A stretch of 64,000 nt of DNA from the human T2T-CHM13v2.0 reference genome, Homo sapiens. The position numbers and the translations under genes are program-made. The notes beneath the pieces were generated by a model. That model was not told the origin of the DNA and ran no database searches. It worked only from the letters and a program-made list of their open reading frames with translations. Shown piece by piece: positions 24,340-37,744 of the stretch. The stretch lies in assembly GCF_009914755.1 (NCBI RefSeq), contig NC_060931.1; one strand, written 5' to 3'. Within the stretch, counting starts at the first letter, position 1. Each line of letters opens with the position of its first letter.

Positions 24340-26586
24340 GGTTCACACACTAACATTTCAAAAGATTAAATCTTCCTTTAATTGACTGGGCAAAGGGCTG
24401 TCTTTTCTCACCCAACAGGTTAAATACTGCAGAGCTAATAGATTGGAGTGACTTCTGACCTAGTCACATCTTAAAGGAAAACTTTTCAGTTTTTACTTTA
24501 AAAGTAAGTTGCCTTTGTTCTTTCTACTGCATAGCTTAGTAGGAAAAAGCAGGTACTGTTTTGTAAAAAAAGATAAAAAGTTCTGTAATGTGCCACATTT
24601 TGAGCAGTTTCTTCAGCCTCAAGAATCTCTGGCTTGTTCAAAACATATCTGGGTGACACTGGGAAAGTTAAGACGAGGCTGGAAAGAACCAAAGGAGAGG
24701 AATAATTTGACAATAATAATAAAGGGGAAGGAAAAAAGAGTTGATGAAATTTCACCTAAAATGGGATTAACTTATCTTGTTGAATCAAGTTATCTATTTC
24801 TGGTCAATATATTTATAAAAAACAATAGTTTAAGAAGTTTCTTAGAAAAAAAATCTTACACAAAAGCTCCTTTCATTCGTGAAAATACTTGTAAATATTT
24901 TTGCTTTAGGAGAAAATATGTGCTTTCAGGGATATTACGCTGGTCTCTTAAAAGTTTCCTTAAAATTCTTAGCTTGGAGTCACTGTTACTTGTAACTGGA
25001 GGTATTAGTCAGCCTTTGGGTTGGACTTATGAACTATGTACCTTGGAAATGCCACACAACCTACCAAATGTGATGAGGATACGAGGGCAATCAACTTGGG
25101 GCCTACCGCTCATGTGGAAATTTGCTTTTCATTTTTCATGTTAAAGAATGATTCCCACATTATGTACAGAAGTAATTTAGAACACTAAAATTATCTCAGT
25201 ATCCTGAGGCTTCCTGAGGCTGGAGGCCATTTTCAGTATTGTAACAAAGTTTAGTAGTTTTGAGTGAGGTCTGTAGAGAAATGGAGACTGAGGAGGTGCC
25301 TTGTGAATGACTTAGATTTGGGACTCCCTTTGGTCCTCCCCCTTTGGTAATGTTATGGTTTGCTTTCACCAAAGTTATAGTCTTGCCTTTTTCAATATTT
25401 GTCCATATTTCTGAATTTTTAAAAATATTTATGATAATAATTTATATTCAAAATCTATAACAATTTTAATGGTAAGAGGATTGTATCTAAATTCAGTTCT
25501 TAATTCCATTGAGATAATATATACATAAACTCACAGGAAATGGGAATTCCAAAAGGTAGATTCTGAAGGCAGTGTCTTGACTGACTTCTATATCTGTTAT
25601 GATTCTCTAGAGAGAAAGCATTTATCATGGAAATAAAGCGTTTGTTGTGGAAAAGAAGAGCTGAGGACTAAGCCAAGAAATTTGGCTCTTTTTTTTTTTT
25701 TTTCCTGTCTGATACTCTCCTCTCCTTACCTCAAAAATCCTAATCTTCCCATAACATCATGTTGTATACCTTAAATATACTCAGTAAAATTTATTTGAAA
25801 AAAAATTTCTCAATCATCAACTCCTCTTCCTTGTACAAGAACAAGAATCCCCTGTACAAGCATCCTGGTAGATAATGTGTGGAGAGGTTTATGGTTATTT
25901 GTCTTTCCTCACTGAAGGGAAGCTGAGATTCAAGTTTGTTCTGGCAAACTATTTTCTAACATTAAAATTGTATTTGTTTCCACTTTTTATTTGAGAAACA
26001 GTATGATAGTTGGATGAAAGAAAATTAGAAGATCAGAAATACATAATGGACACTCAGAAAATACAAATATTCTTTCATATTTTTGAATATTTTTAATTCC
26101 TTAAGCATGCACTTACATGTTTTTGTATACTTCAACTGTGTGTATTTTTGTATTTTATTTCACTTTGTATTTTAGGCAAACTTATTTACATGTTGCATCA
26201 TTATCTTTGTAACTAGTTCTGATATCTGCATACATTCTTTCAGGATGAAATACCGTATTTAAGCATTTCTTATCATTGGTATTGCTTATCAATTGGGTAT
26301 TGAATTTGCTTTTTATTTTTTTTCATTTCATAGATGCTACAATACATAGTGGTGAATACTACACATGTGAATATCTACACGTAGCTACATAATTTTTATT
26401 ACAAAATCATTTTGAACTTATCCTTAGACAAGGGATTCCTAGTTCAAAGGATTTAGCTAGCATGTGTTCCAGTGATAAAACGCCTTTACAACAGGAATAA
26501 GAGCTTAAGTAGAATTTTAGATATATTCAGAATTTTAAGTTTCTAAATCTATTTTGAGAGAAAATAATCTTTTTTTTTTTTCAAAG

Positions 26587-26698
26587 GGATGCTAATGACT
26601 AGCCAATGCTCTAGGAAGACATTGAGACCAGCCAACTTCTTGCCTTGATAACTACTGAAGAGACATTGGGTGGCTGGATTTTGAAAGCAGACTTCTGG
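26587..26698 (+). other. SPAM1: SPAM1 non-coding exon 2
   Basis: Poly-T tract + CAAAG acceptor (AG 26585-26586); donor CTGG|GTAAGT at 26699. Confidence 0.88.
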
Positions 26699-26927
26699 GT
26701 AAGTGTCATTGTTTGGGTTTGGGGGATAGCAAAGACTTAGCAGAAGTGCTTTAAGAAGGAATTATCTGCACAATGAGCAAGGAAGACACTTAAAAATGCA
26801 ACTTTAATAGGTGTAAATTGAATATAGAGCTTAGGAATACTAGTGGAGAGATAAGGTCAGGCATTATTACCTGGGGTTAAATTAGTTAAGATTTTCCGGG
26901 AGGATAAGGTTCTCTATTAGGGTACCT

Positions 26928-28080
26928 ATGTATTTATTTTTTATTTTGTAATAGTATCTTTTTCATTAAAAGACATTTAAATTTAATTTTATTTTAGATT
27001 AAGGGTTACATGTTCAAGTGTGTAACATGAATATATTGCATAATGGTAGGGTTTGGGCTTCTAGTGTACCCATCACCCAGATTGTGACCAATGTACCCAA
27101 TAGGTAATTTTTCAATCCTCATCCCCCTCCCAACCTGCTCCCTTTCAGAGTGCCCAGTGTCTACTGCTTCCATCTTTATGTCCATGAGTACTCATTGTTT
27201 AGTTCTCATTTAAAAGTGAGAACATGCAGTATTTTTCTGTGTCTGAGTTAGTTCATTTAGGATAATGACCTCCAGCTCTATCCATGTTGCTTCAAAGGGC
27301 ATGATTTTATTATTTTTTTATGGCTGCATAGTATTCCATAGTGTATATATACCAAATTTTCTTTTTCCAATCCACCAATGAGGAACACTTAGGTTGATTC
27401 CATGACTTTGCTCTTGTGAATAGTGCTACAATGAAGATTTGAGTGAAGCTGTCTTTTTTATATAACGATTTCTTTTCCTTTGAGTAGATAGCCAATAGTG
27501 GGATTGCGAGGATGATTGGTAGTTCTATTTTTAGTCCTTTGGGAAATCTCCATGCTGTTTTCCCTAGAGGTTGTACTAATTTACATTTCCACCAGAAGTG
27601 TATAAGTGTGTCCTTTTTTCTGCATCCATGACAACATTTTTTTTGACTTTTTAGTAATAGCCATTCTGACTGGTGTAAGATGATATCTCATTGCAGTTTA
27701 GACTTGCATTTCTCTGGTAGTTAGTGATGTTGAGCATTTTCTCATACATTTATTGGCCTCTTGTATGTCTTCTTTTGAAAAATGCCTGTTAGTGTCCTTT
27801 GCCCACTTTTTAATTGGGTTGTTTGTTTTCTTCTTCAATTTCGTTTGAGTTCCTCATAGATTCTGGGTATTAATCCTTTGTCATAGGCACAATTAGCAAA
27901 CATTTTGTCCCATTCTGTAGGTTGTCTGTTTACTCTGTTGATGATCTCTTTTGCTGTGCAGATGCTTTTTAGTTTAATAAAGTCCAGTTTGTTCCATTTT
28001 TGTTTTTGTTGCATTTGCTTTTGGGGTCTTAGTCATAAATTAGTCTGTCTAATAACTTAGTCTGTCTAGGCAAATGTCAG
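26928..28080 (-). mobile_element. L1 (L1PB/L1MA-like) 3' fragment
   Basis: L1 ORF2 end and 3' UTR on the minus strand; TSD-like TAA(G/A)GTTCTCTATTAG at 26905 and 28099. Confidence 0.88.
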
Positions 28081-28325
28081 CTTTTCTCTGTAAACAGGTA
28101 AAGTTCTCTATTAGATACTTCAAACAAAAAGAAGACGTTATTCTTGATGCTAACTTCTAGGTCTAATCCTCAATTTTGTGCCAATTCTCTGTTCCAAGGC
28201 TTTGCATTAGATTTATGCTGAGGAAAAATATTTCATTGAGTAAAATTTCAAGCATAGAAGTGTCCATTCTTTTTTGAAGACTTCTATGGGTAGAGACGTT
28301 CTCAATAGGCTCATTCTGCCCCATG

Positions 28326-28673
<348 letters not shown>

Positions 28674-30079
28674 TAGATTTAAATGTTAATTTCAATAAGG
28701 TTAGCTTACTCCTTCCCTGAGATACAGGGAAAGCTAATCCTTTATTCCATTTCCTTTTCCCTGTCCCTGCCATTCAGGCATTAGTATTGATGGTTGGTAT
28801 TTAAAAGCAATTAGTTTTTCCCCCTAATATTATTTTAGGTGAAGATTATCTAGGTCCTGAATAAAGAAGTTTATAAATATTTAAACTACAAGAATATTTA
28901 GCTACTTTATATGTTCTAAACATGAGGGAAAATTCATTATCTTCAAAACATGAGACTATAATAGTCCTTATGATTTTATTTTATTCTGACTATGGTGATC
29001 TCTTTAGAGTCATTTATTTTTCAGCAATGGGAATGACTGGATAATTTGCTATGGTAAGGACACATGTTCCTGGGAAGAATAGTATAATTCTTGTTATAAT
29101 TTCATATAGCAGTGTACTACTAATCTAATTAAAAAGAAAGTTTCCAATTCCCTCCTAGAATCACAGAACATTTAACTATATCTTCTTGCAGGTAATTTTT
29201 GCAAATACTAAATGCTGAGTATATACATAATTTAATTTCTTGACCTTTGCCCAGACCATTTTATTGTACCACTTTTGTGGTTTAATACAGCTAAAGTATG
29301 TGCTACAACACTTCACTTTGTCACAATCAGAATCACAACACAATCTTACTTATCAAATGCTATAAAAAGATGAAAATCTACATATTGCTTTTCTTAAGTT
29401 AGGCTAGAACTGATCCTTTTAGTAGAAAATACAAAGTAGTAAAATGTTTTATTAACTTTAGGCATGGGAGTACATTATTGTAAGATGTGATCGAGCAGCG
29501 TACCAAGGAGCCTTTCAGCTTGTTTGGTAGAAGTTTTTGGTTGATTCAATAAATTCAACCAAACTGTTGATTTACTACTTCTGGCAGAAGTGAGTTTGCT
29601 CCCCTTTGAAAAAAAAAAAAAAAGTGAAAAAAGAGAAAAAAAGAAAGAAAGAGAAAAATGAAATTTCACAATTCTATGAAAGGTTGTTTTAGTATATGGC
29701 AGACCGCTAGAAAGTGGTCTTTCAAGAAGCAAGAAACAGAATGAGAGGATCAACTTGGAATTTATTTTCCTTCAATGGGATTTTGCTAAGGCATTGCTTG
29801 GTACAGCATTCTGTACAACCAGAAAGGCAAAAGGAAAATAGCTACATTCTCCTCTCTGTAGGCCCAGTAGTGATTTGGGAAGATGAGAAAAATGTTAACT
29901 AGTATAGAGTTTGTATCATACATGAGAGGAAATAATTTCATAGATTCAAACACAGGAGTAGATCCTCCATCTTCTAAAATGAAATTAAACCCCCTGCACT
30001 TAAAGTTGAGAACTTGGTGAAGCTTACATTCTTTATTATGAAATGCATCATAACAATGTATTCTGTATTTCTTTTTCAG

Positions 30080-30285
30080 TTATAGGTGATGCAACTTGAA
30101 AAACAATCCTGAAACATGAAACAAGAATAATAATATTTAAATGTAACTTAATCATTATACCTCTTTATCCATCAAAGTGAATTCATTCCATTCCCTTTCA
30201 TCTGTGCTCATACTTTGCATCAGATATTGGGTAAACCAAAGTGTGTAGGAAGAAATAAATGTTTTCATAGTCATTACTCTTTACA
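30080..30285 (+). other. SPAM1: SPAM1 exon 3, 5' UTR portion
   Basis: Acceptor TTTCTTTTTCAG ending at 30079, contiguous with the ATG at 30286. Confidence 0.85.
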
Positions 30286-31239
30286 ATGGGAGTGCTAAAA
30301 TTCAAGCACATCTTTTTCAGAAGCTTTGTTAAATCAAGTGGAGTATCCCAGATAGTTTTCACCTTCCTTCTGATTCCATGTTGCTTGACTCTGAATTTCA
30401 GAGCACCTCCTGTTATTCCAAATGTGCCTTTCCTCTGGGCCTGGAATGCCCCAAGTGAATTTTGTCTTGGAAAATTTGATGAGCCACTAGATATGAGCCT
30501 CTTCTCTTTCATAGGAAGCCCCCGAATAAACGCCACCGGGCAAGGTGTTACAATATTTTATGTTGATAGACTTGGCTACTATCCTTACATAGATTCAATC
30601 ACAGGAGTAACTGTGAATGGAGGAATCCCCCAGAAGATTTCCTTACAAGACCATCTGGACAAAGCTAAGAAAGACATTACATTTTATATGCCAGTAGACA
30701 ATTTGGGAATGGCTGTTATTGACTGGGAAGAATGGAGACCCACTTGGGCAAGAAACTGGAAACCTAAAGATGTTTACAAGAATAGGTCTATTGAATTGGT
30801 TCAGCAACAAAATGTACAACTTAGTCTCACAGAGGCCACTGAGAAAGCAAAACAAGAATTTGAAAAGGCAGGGAAGGATTTCCTGGTAGAGACTATAAAA
30901 TTGGGAAAATTACTTCGGCCAAATCACTTGTGGGGTTATTATCTTTTTCCGGATTGTTACAACCATCACTATAAGAAACCCGGTTACAATGGAAGTTGCT
31001 TCAATGTAGAAATAAAAAGAAATGATGATCTCAGCTGGTTGTGGAATGAAAGCACTGCTCTTTACCCATCCATTTATTTGAACACTCAGCAGTCTCCTGT
31101 AGCTGCTACACTCTATGTGCGCAATCGAGTTCGGGAAGCCATCAGAGTTTCCAAAATACCTGATGCAAAAAGTCCACTTCCGGTTTTTGCATATACCCGC
31201 ATAGTTTTTACTGATCAAGTTTTGAAATTCCTTTCTCAA
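30286..31239 (+). CDS. SPAM1: Hyaluronidase PH-20, first coding exon (codons 1-318; signal peptide, GH56 catalytic D146/E148)
   Basis: MGVLKFKHIFFRSFVKSSGVSQIVFTFLLIPCCLT-LNFRAPP...; DWEEW motif at 30721; donor CAA|GTAAGT at 31240; 954 nt, phase 0. Confidence 0.98.
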
Positions 31240-31711
31240 GTAAGTAAATCAGGGTATGAGGGCTAGGAAATGAAATTCACAAAAGATGTTGATTGAAATT
31301 TAATATTATTTTTGAAGGGAGTGAAATCTAGCTTTTAATATTAGTCAGGAATGTGTACACAAGTAGATCAACATTATTATATGAATGCAAAACAAGAATA
31401 CGCTTAATCTTTAATGTAATCTCTTTATCTCTTAGTAAGCCGGGAGAATTAGGTAGTATAGACAGTGTATGAACTCAGTTTCTTTTTTTTTTCTTTCTTA
31501 GGCCTCGTCTCTTTTCAATAGAAGTGATTGAAACAATAATAGTATCTTATTTGTTTTATAGTAAGGCAATGGCTGTGTAAGAGATAGAAATAGTGGGGAA
31601 ATATTAAAATTATTATTATTGGGTCAGCATGCTTAGCTTTTGCGTTGCTGTCCTATGTATAGCACTTTCATTTCATTTTTATCTGCTAACTCTTTCTGTC
31701 ACATTTTCCAG

Positions 31712-31801
31712 GATGAACTTGTGTATACATTTGGCGAAACTGTTGCTCTGGGTGCTTCTGGAATTGTAATATGGGGAACCCTCAGTATAATGCGAAGTAT
31801 G
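31712..31801 (+). CDS. SPAM1: PH-20 coding exon 2 (codons 319-348, DELVYTFGETVALGASGIVIWGTLSIMRSM)
   Basis: Acceptor TTTTCCAG, donor ATG|GTAAGT, 90 nt in frame; typical hyaluronidase GASGIVIWG motif. Confidence 0.97.
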
Positions 31802-33232
31802 GTAAGTTGAATTGGTAGAAAATAGGTGAAAATATTTCTATGTTTAATGTTTTTGGGGATTGTTTTGGTATTAAATAAGAAAATAAGTAGTACTATGCTT
31901 GGCATGTAGTAATAGGTGCTCAATTAATACTGGCTGAATCAAAATACATTTGTGTGGTGGTTGTAAGGCAGAAAATAGTATACCCATTTTCCAGTGGGGA
32001 AATAGAAATTTAGTGAATAATTGAATTTCTCTAGGCTACATGACTATTAAGAAGCAAAAACAGGACTACAATCTCAATTTTATGGCATGGTGTTTTGTGT
32101 CAGAAGATAGGTCCTTGTTCCTTTACTCTTGTTTAATTCTCTATATCAGATCTTTATCCCCCACCTCATCAACCTTGTTGACTCAATAGGAAAGCTGTTG
32201 TATGGACATTGCTGAGTTGAAGCTGAATTTTTTCTTCTCTGGTGGTTGTGGAAATACCAATGATGAACATGCCATGAAGAATGCCAGATGAAGCTCATGG
32301 CCCAAGGGTCCTATCTCAGGACCTCAGCGAATAGTCTATACTCTAGTAGTCTAAGAAAGCCTTTGAGAAGCATTATATTCATCTCTTATTCTTTGGATAG
32401 AATAGACATGACATAGTCTTTATTTAAAAATACTCAACAGCAGTTACATTTATGAGAATTTTTTAAGGTAATCTGAGCCCATCTGCCTATTTTGCATAAC
32501 TCTTTTGTCTTTAATTTGATCTCTAATATAAAGAAATAACAAAAAATATAAGTTCAGAAGAAGGTATATGGCCCTTGGTAAAGTATTTTATGTGTCAGAA
32601 AATCATTGTAAAATGATAATTTTCTTTAGTAAATTCTTAATTTTTATTAGTTGTTTCCCCAAATCCATAAACTCCCTTCTCAAATGTCCTATTATTTAAA
32701 AACTTATAAATATTTATAAATTCTCCATACTATTTTCTTTTCTTTTTAAAAAAACTGAAAGCTCCACTCTTACTCTGAGGAGGAGTGAATCAGGCATTCC
32801 TCAATGAATAGGTTGACATGACATACTATTTAAGTGTCATGCTTGTTTTTTAATGGCACTTTAAGCTTAGATTCAAATTCTACTACTATGTCTCTCAAAT
32901 CATCTTCAGTATTATCCATACCAGAGACAGTCCTTCAACTTTTATATGATTATTTTCTCCTTAATGGCATTGTCCCAAAATTGTTCCCTATAGACTCTGT
33001 TGTATATATTTCTGCTATCTTTCTCAACTTCTGATCATTTTAAATAATAGATCTATCATTACTTCCCCTTTTTTCTATGCCATTTGTAATCAATAGTCAT
33101 GGATTACATGTTATGTTTTCTCTGATTCATTGACAACTTAAGAAACCGATAATTGCAAGTTTACTTGCAGTTACTGGAACTGACATAAAACAAATGCAAA
33201 TGAGCCATTTCTTTTCGTTCCATTTTATTATA

Positions 33233-33680
33233 TCTGGTGGTGTGACAGAGCCAGCCCTACTGCTCCCAGCTGAGACCTAATTGTTAAATATTCAGGGATT
33301 TTGTGAACCAGTTGTTAATCACTGCCATTATTAAAAATTAAATGATAAAAACTTACAATAAAAAATTATGTTAAAAACAGGTGACACATTTCAATATACC
33401 AATTATTTTACCTCATTTTACCATGATCCATGCTCTTGAGATTATTTACATCTTTTGCATCTTTATAAATGGAAATACTATGTAATAATGTGCTACTTCA
33501 CACCATGGTACCATAATGTGTAATGGTGGTGTACTTGATTCCCAGATCTGCATTCAGTAATGTTTGGGAGGTAGCTTGAAATTGGCCATGGCAGGAGTAT
33601 TTACACTATGGATATATATACAAATGATAAGAACCAGGTCTTACCTATTAGAGAGCCAATTTTAATGTATTTCCATAGAC
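33233..33680 (+). mobile_element. MER63-like hAT DNA transposon
   Basis: TTGTTAAATATTCAGGGATTTTGTGAACCAGTTGTTAATCACTGCCATTATTAAAAATTAAA resembles MER63. Confidence 0.6.
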
Positions 33681-34262
33681 TACAAAGTATGCAGGTTAAT
33701 GATTCTCAAGCCATTCTCATCCTTTTACTACTCTTTGTGTAACCCTTGTCTCTGTGGAGTTGAGAAAGCAACTGCAATGTTATTTGAACTTGGTATAAAT
33801 TCTCATGTCCCTTATATTGGGAACATAGTGTTGAAGAATATTGACAAAGTCTATGTACTCTTGGAACTTATGAGTACTTAAAAAGTACACAAGTAAGAGA
33901 CATATTTGATATGGTAAGTGCTATACAGAGAATTTAAACAGAGATATGGAGAGTTTAACAAGGAAGTTATCAGAGAAGGGCATTGTCTAATTTAAAGCTG
34001 CCATCAGAATGACAAGATGAAGTCAATTGTGTTAAAAATTAGAGGAAAGACCATTCCAAGCAGTGGGAACAGTAAATGCAGTTTGAAATGAACCTGCCGT
34101 GCTAGTGAAATAGCTACTATATCTAAGGTAGAATGGATGTGGGAAGGTTGTACAAGAGGAAGCAAGGGTTATACAATGTCACACTGTGCACAAGTCAAGA
34201 GAAGAAGTTGAATTTCATTCAAAACACCATTCAAAAATATTGGATTGTTACGAAGATGGATG

Positions 34263-34848
34263 GTGTATTAGTTTTCTATTGCTTTCATAAAAATTACAAC
34301 AGACTTAGTGGGTTAAAAAAACAGAAGAAATTTGTTATCTTGTAGTTCTCAGATCAGAAGAAGTCCAATATGGGTTTCAATGGAATAAAATCAAAGTGAC
34401 AGCAGGGCTGAATTCCTTTCTAGGAGAAGATACTTTCTCATTTGGGTTGTTGGCAGATTCACTTTCTTGTGCTTATAGCAATGAGATCCCCATTATCTGG
34501 CTGGCTACTGGCAAATGGCTATTTCCAGCTTTTAGAGGCCAGTACATTCCTTAGCTCATGGCCCTCTTCTTTCTTAAAGTCAGCCAAGGTGGGTTGAATC
34601 TCTCTTACACTTTGAATCTCTCCTTCCTTCAGTTTATCTTTCTAACCCTGCTTGAAAAGTTTCTATACTTTCAAGGACTCATGTAATTACATTGAGTCCA
34701 TCTTGATAATTCAGGATAATCTCCCCTTCTGAAGATCCATTCCTTAATCACATCTGCAAAGTCTCTTTTGTCACGTAAGTTCACATTGTCACAGGTTCCA
34801 GGGAATTAGGATGCAGACATTTTTGGGTATCAGTTATTCTGCCAACAA
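34263..34848 (-). mobile_element. MLT1 (ERVL-MaLR) LTR
   Basis: TGTATTAGTTTTCTATTGCT...CCTTAATCACATCTGCAAAGTC...TATTCTGCCAACA. Confidence 0.75.
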
Positions 34849-35257
34849 TAGATGGCATCATCTCAAGGAAGATGAAAAGAAATATATTCAGATGGAAGCT
34901 GCCAAGATTCCTTCACATGCCTGCATATCTACCACTGCCACTTCCTTTGGCCTGATAAAGTATTAGCACAACCACCTCACTCAATGGAACTGTTGATTAT
35001 GAAAAAAAGTGATCAACTTCAATATTTCTCAAAGGACAGTGTCCAGGGTTTAGAACATACCAGTCTCAAGATGAAGATGAATCATTTTAGTTAGTCATCG
35101 CTCATACTCTGCCAAATTTGTAAAAGAGTTGTCATTATTTACCCATAACTTGACTATATATAACATTTAATAGAAAGTATAGTCAGTTGAACCCGTTTAA
35201 TGTATTCGAGCCAGCAATTTATAAGCCATCCTTTTCCATGCTATTTAAACTTGTCTG

Positions 35258-35563
35258 GCAGGTGAGGCATGGTGGATCATGCCTGTAATCCCAACACTGT
35301 GGAAGGATGGGGTGGGAGGATTGCTTGAGCCCAAGAGTTCAAGACCAGCCTGGGCAACATAGTAAGACCTCACTTCTACCACAAAAGAAAACCAAAATTA
35401 GACAGATCTCGTGGCATGTGCCTATAGTTCCAGCTACTCAGGGGGCCAAGGCAGGAGGATTGCTTGAACCCAGGAGATCAAAGGTGCAGTGAGCCAAGAC
35501 TGCACCACTGTACTCCAGCCTGGGCAACAGAGTAAGACTTTGTCTCAGGAAAAAAAAAAAAAT
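35258..35563 (+). mobile_element. AluJ
   Basis: GGAGGATTGCTTGAGCCC diagnostic, A tail. Confidence 0.9.
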
Positions 35564-35599
35564 TGTCTGACAAATGTGGTGCTTCTTACATTTATTTAT

Positions 35600-35860
35600 A
35601 ATTTATTGAGGGTCAACTGAAGATATGGTAGGCCCCTGTGTTAAGCACATTTATATGTATTTTTCTTTTTTATCTATTTTTATAACAACTTTATGAGGTA
35701 GGCATCATAATTATCCTTATTTTCCAGATGGTAAAGCTGAAGCATAATCAAGTTAATCAATTTGCCCAAAGTCACCCAGATAGGAAACTAAGACTTAGAA
35801 AGCTTAAGAAATTCCCAAGTTCCTACAGCTAGTCACCAATGGAACTGGGACTCCAATCAG
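35600..35860 (-). mobile_element. MIR remnant(s)
   Basis: ATGAGGTAGG..ATTATCC..TTTCCAGATG..AAGCTGAAG..TTTGCCCAAAGTCAC core. Confidence 0.6.
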
Positions 35861-36198
35861 GGCAAATGTCCTAGAGAACATACTCTAACACACTTTAACA
35901 GCTGTAGCATTCTATCCCCTGATTATGTTATGAATTACAGAGGACGAGCAAGGGTAAGGAATACTAAGCCTCAATTAGTCAATTATTCAGTGGAATGAAG
36001 TGGCATGTGAAACTTATAAGTCTTACAAAAAGCAGTTGGAATAATCTTGTTGGTTAAGGTAAAAAAGAAATTATCTTCTACTTCTTGCTATCTCTGGTTT
36101 TCATTCTTCTGTAAAAAAATTGCTTAATACACTAAATTAATTCGCATTTGAACTAACTTGTCCTTTGATATTCTGACTGTCTTATAATAATTTTACAG

Positions 36199-36684
36199 AA
36201 ATCTTGCTTGCTCCTAGACAATTACATGGAGACTATACTGAATCCTTACATAATCAACGTCACACTAGCAGCCAAAATGTGTAGCCAAGTGCTTTGCCAG
36301 GAGCAAGGAGTGTGTATAAGGAAAAACTGGAATTCAAGTGACTATCTTCACCTCAACCCAGATAATTTTGCTATTCAACTTGAGAAAGGTGGAAAGTTCA
36401 CAGTACGTGGAAAACCGACACTTGAAGACCTGGAGCAATTTTCTGAAAAATTTTATTGCAGCTGTTATAGCACCTTGAGTTGTAAGGAGAAAGCTGATGT
36501 AAAAGACACTGATGCTGTTGATGTGTGTATTGCTGATGGTGTCTGTATAGATGCTTTTCTAAAACCTCCCATGGAGACAGAAGAACCTCAAATTTTCTAC
36601 AATGCTTCACCCTCCACACTATCTGCCACAATGTTCATTGTTAGTATTTTGTTTCTTATCATTTCTTCTGTAGCGAGTTTGTAA
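36199..36684 (+). CDS. SPAM1: PH-20 last coding exon of the 509-aa isoform (EGF-like Cys-rich region, GPI signal)
   Basis: Acceptor TTTTACAG; KSCLLLDNY...STLSATMFIVSILFLIISSVASL*; 318+30+161=509 aa. Internal donor ATT|GTTAGT at 36640. Confidence 0.97.
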   Translation, partial: KSCLLLDNYMETILNPYIINVTLAAKMCSQVLCQEQGVCIRKNWNSSDYLHLNPDNFAIQLEKGGKFTVRGKPTLEDLEQFSEKFYCSCYSTLSCKEKADVKDTDAVDVCIADGVCIDAFLKPPMETEEPQIFYNASPSTLSATMFIVSILFLIISSVASL

Positions 36685-36742
36685 TTGCGCAGGTTAGCTG
36701 AAATGAACAATATGTCCATCTTAAAGTGTGCTTTTTCGACTA

Positions 36743-37030
36743 ATTAAATCTTTGAAAAGAACAGCTCTTGTTGAAAGATCATTTTTGGAAAGTTCTTTCT
36801 GAATAACTATACCTAGGAAATGACGATTTTCTTTGAACTTGACAAACACTGCTATATTGTATGAATTCTCAACCATGAGTTCAGGGATTTGTATTCCAGG
36901 AGTCAATAGCTTATGTAAATTCTGCAGTTTAGAGTACAGAAACTCATATTATCTGTTTCACTTGCAAAACTGCCAGGATTGTTTTAACACTATCATTCTG
37001 CACAAGATACTGACATTTTGATAAAATAAA
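36743..37030 (+). terminator. Candidate proximal polyA signals for the 509-aa isoform
   Basis: ATTAAA 36743-36748 and AATAAA 37025-37030 downstream of the stop at 36684; which one is used cannot be determined. Confidence 0.5.
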
Positions 37031-37744
37031 ACTTGATATAGAATGTTTAAGAACTCGAAAGTGAAAACCCTTTCAATACAAGCCATCAGTAACATGTAGA
37101 GTGCTTGGATATTTCTATTTCTCCTCTGCTCAGAATCAAGAGAGAGAGGGAGAAGGAAAAAGTTTGGGTGGAAAAGAAGAAAACAAAAGGAGGGAAGAGA
37201 TAAGGGAAAAGAATTAGTATTTTTTTGCTTTCTCTGGTGCCACTGAAGACTCTAATTTGCACAGGATCGAAAGGAATACTTTCAGTGTATACAATTAACC
37301 TTCGACTCTCTTTTAAAGCGCAGAGCAGTTGTACCTAAATTCCTTACCTAGTCTGACCTGTACAAATATTACTACCGCCTCCTTCCTTTCCCCATACCCC
37401 CCTAGAAACAAAAAGAGATGAAACCACATATTCCAAATCCATTCGGCTAGGTACTCTCAAATTATGGCACAAGTCATTAGGATCTTAATTTTTTTGCGGC
37501 ATTACATTTTCCGTGAAAAAAAAGGAAAATGTTTTACTTGTTACAGATCTCATTTCTTTATGTTTAAGCTTTGTTTAATATCTGAAATGAGACTGAGCTC
37601 TAAAAAGCAATAAAAATAATTCAAATTATTATTATGCATTTTTTAAAAATTAAAAAAATTATTATACATTTTTAAGGTTGAAGTTTTTAAAATTGAACCA
37701 CTTGTATAGTCTTTTACATTATGTTATCTTAAAATCTTTTTTAT

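Noticed and set aside
24509-25144. 211-aa ORF, the longest non-SPAM1 ORF
   Set aside because: Non-ATG (TTG) start, AT-biased composition, no recognisable domain; probably a chance intronic ORF.
30198-31239. Minus-strand ORFs overlapping SPAM1 exon 3
   Set aside because: Shadow ORFs of the real coding strand.
31240-31266. Extension of the 326-aa ORF (VSKSGYEG*)
   Set aside because: Read-through past the canonical GTAAGT donor into the intron.
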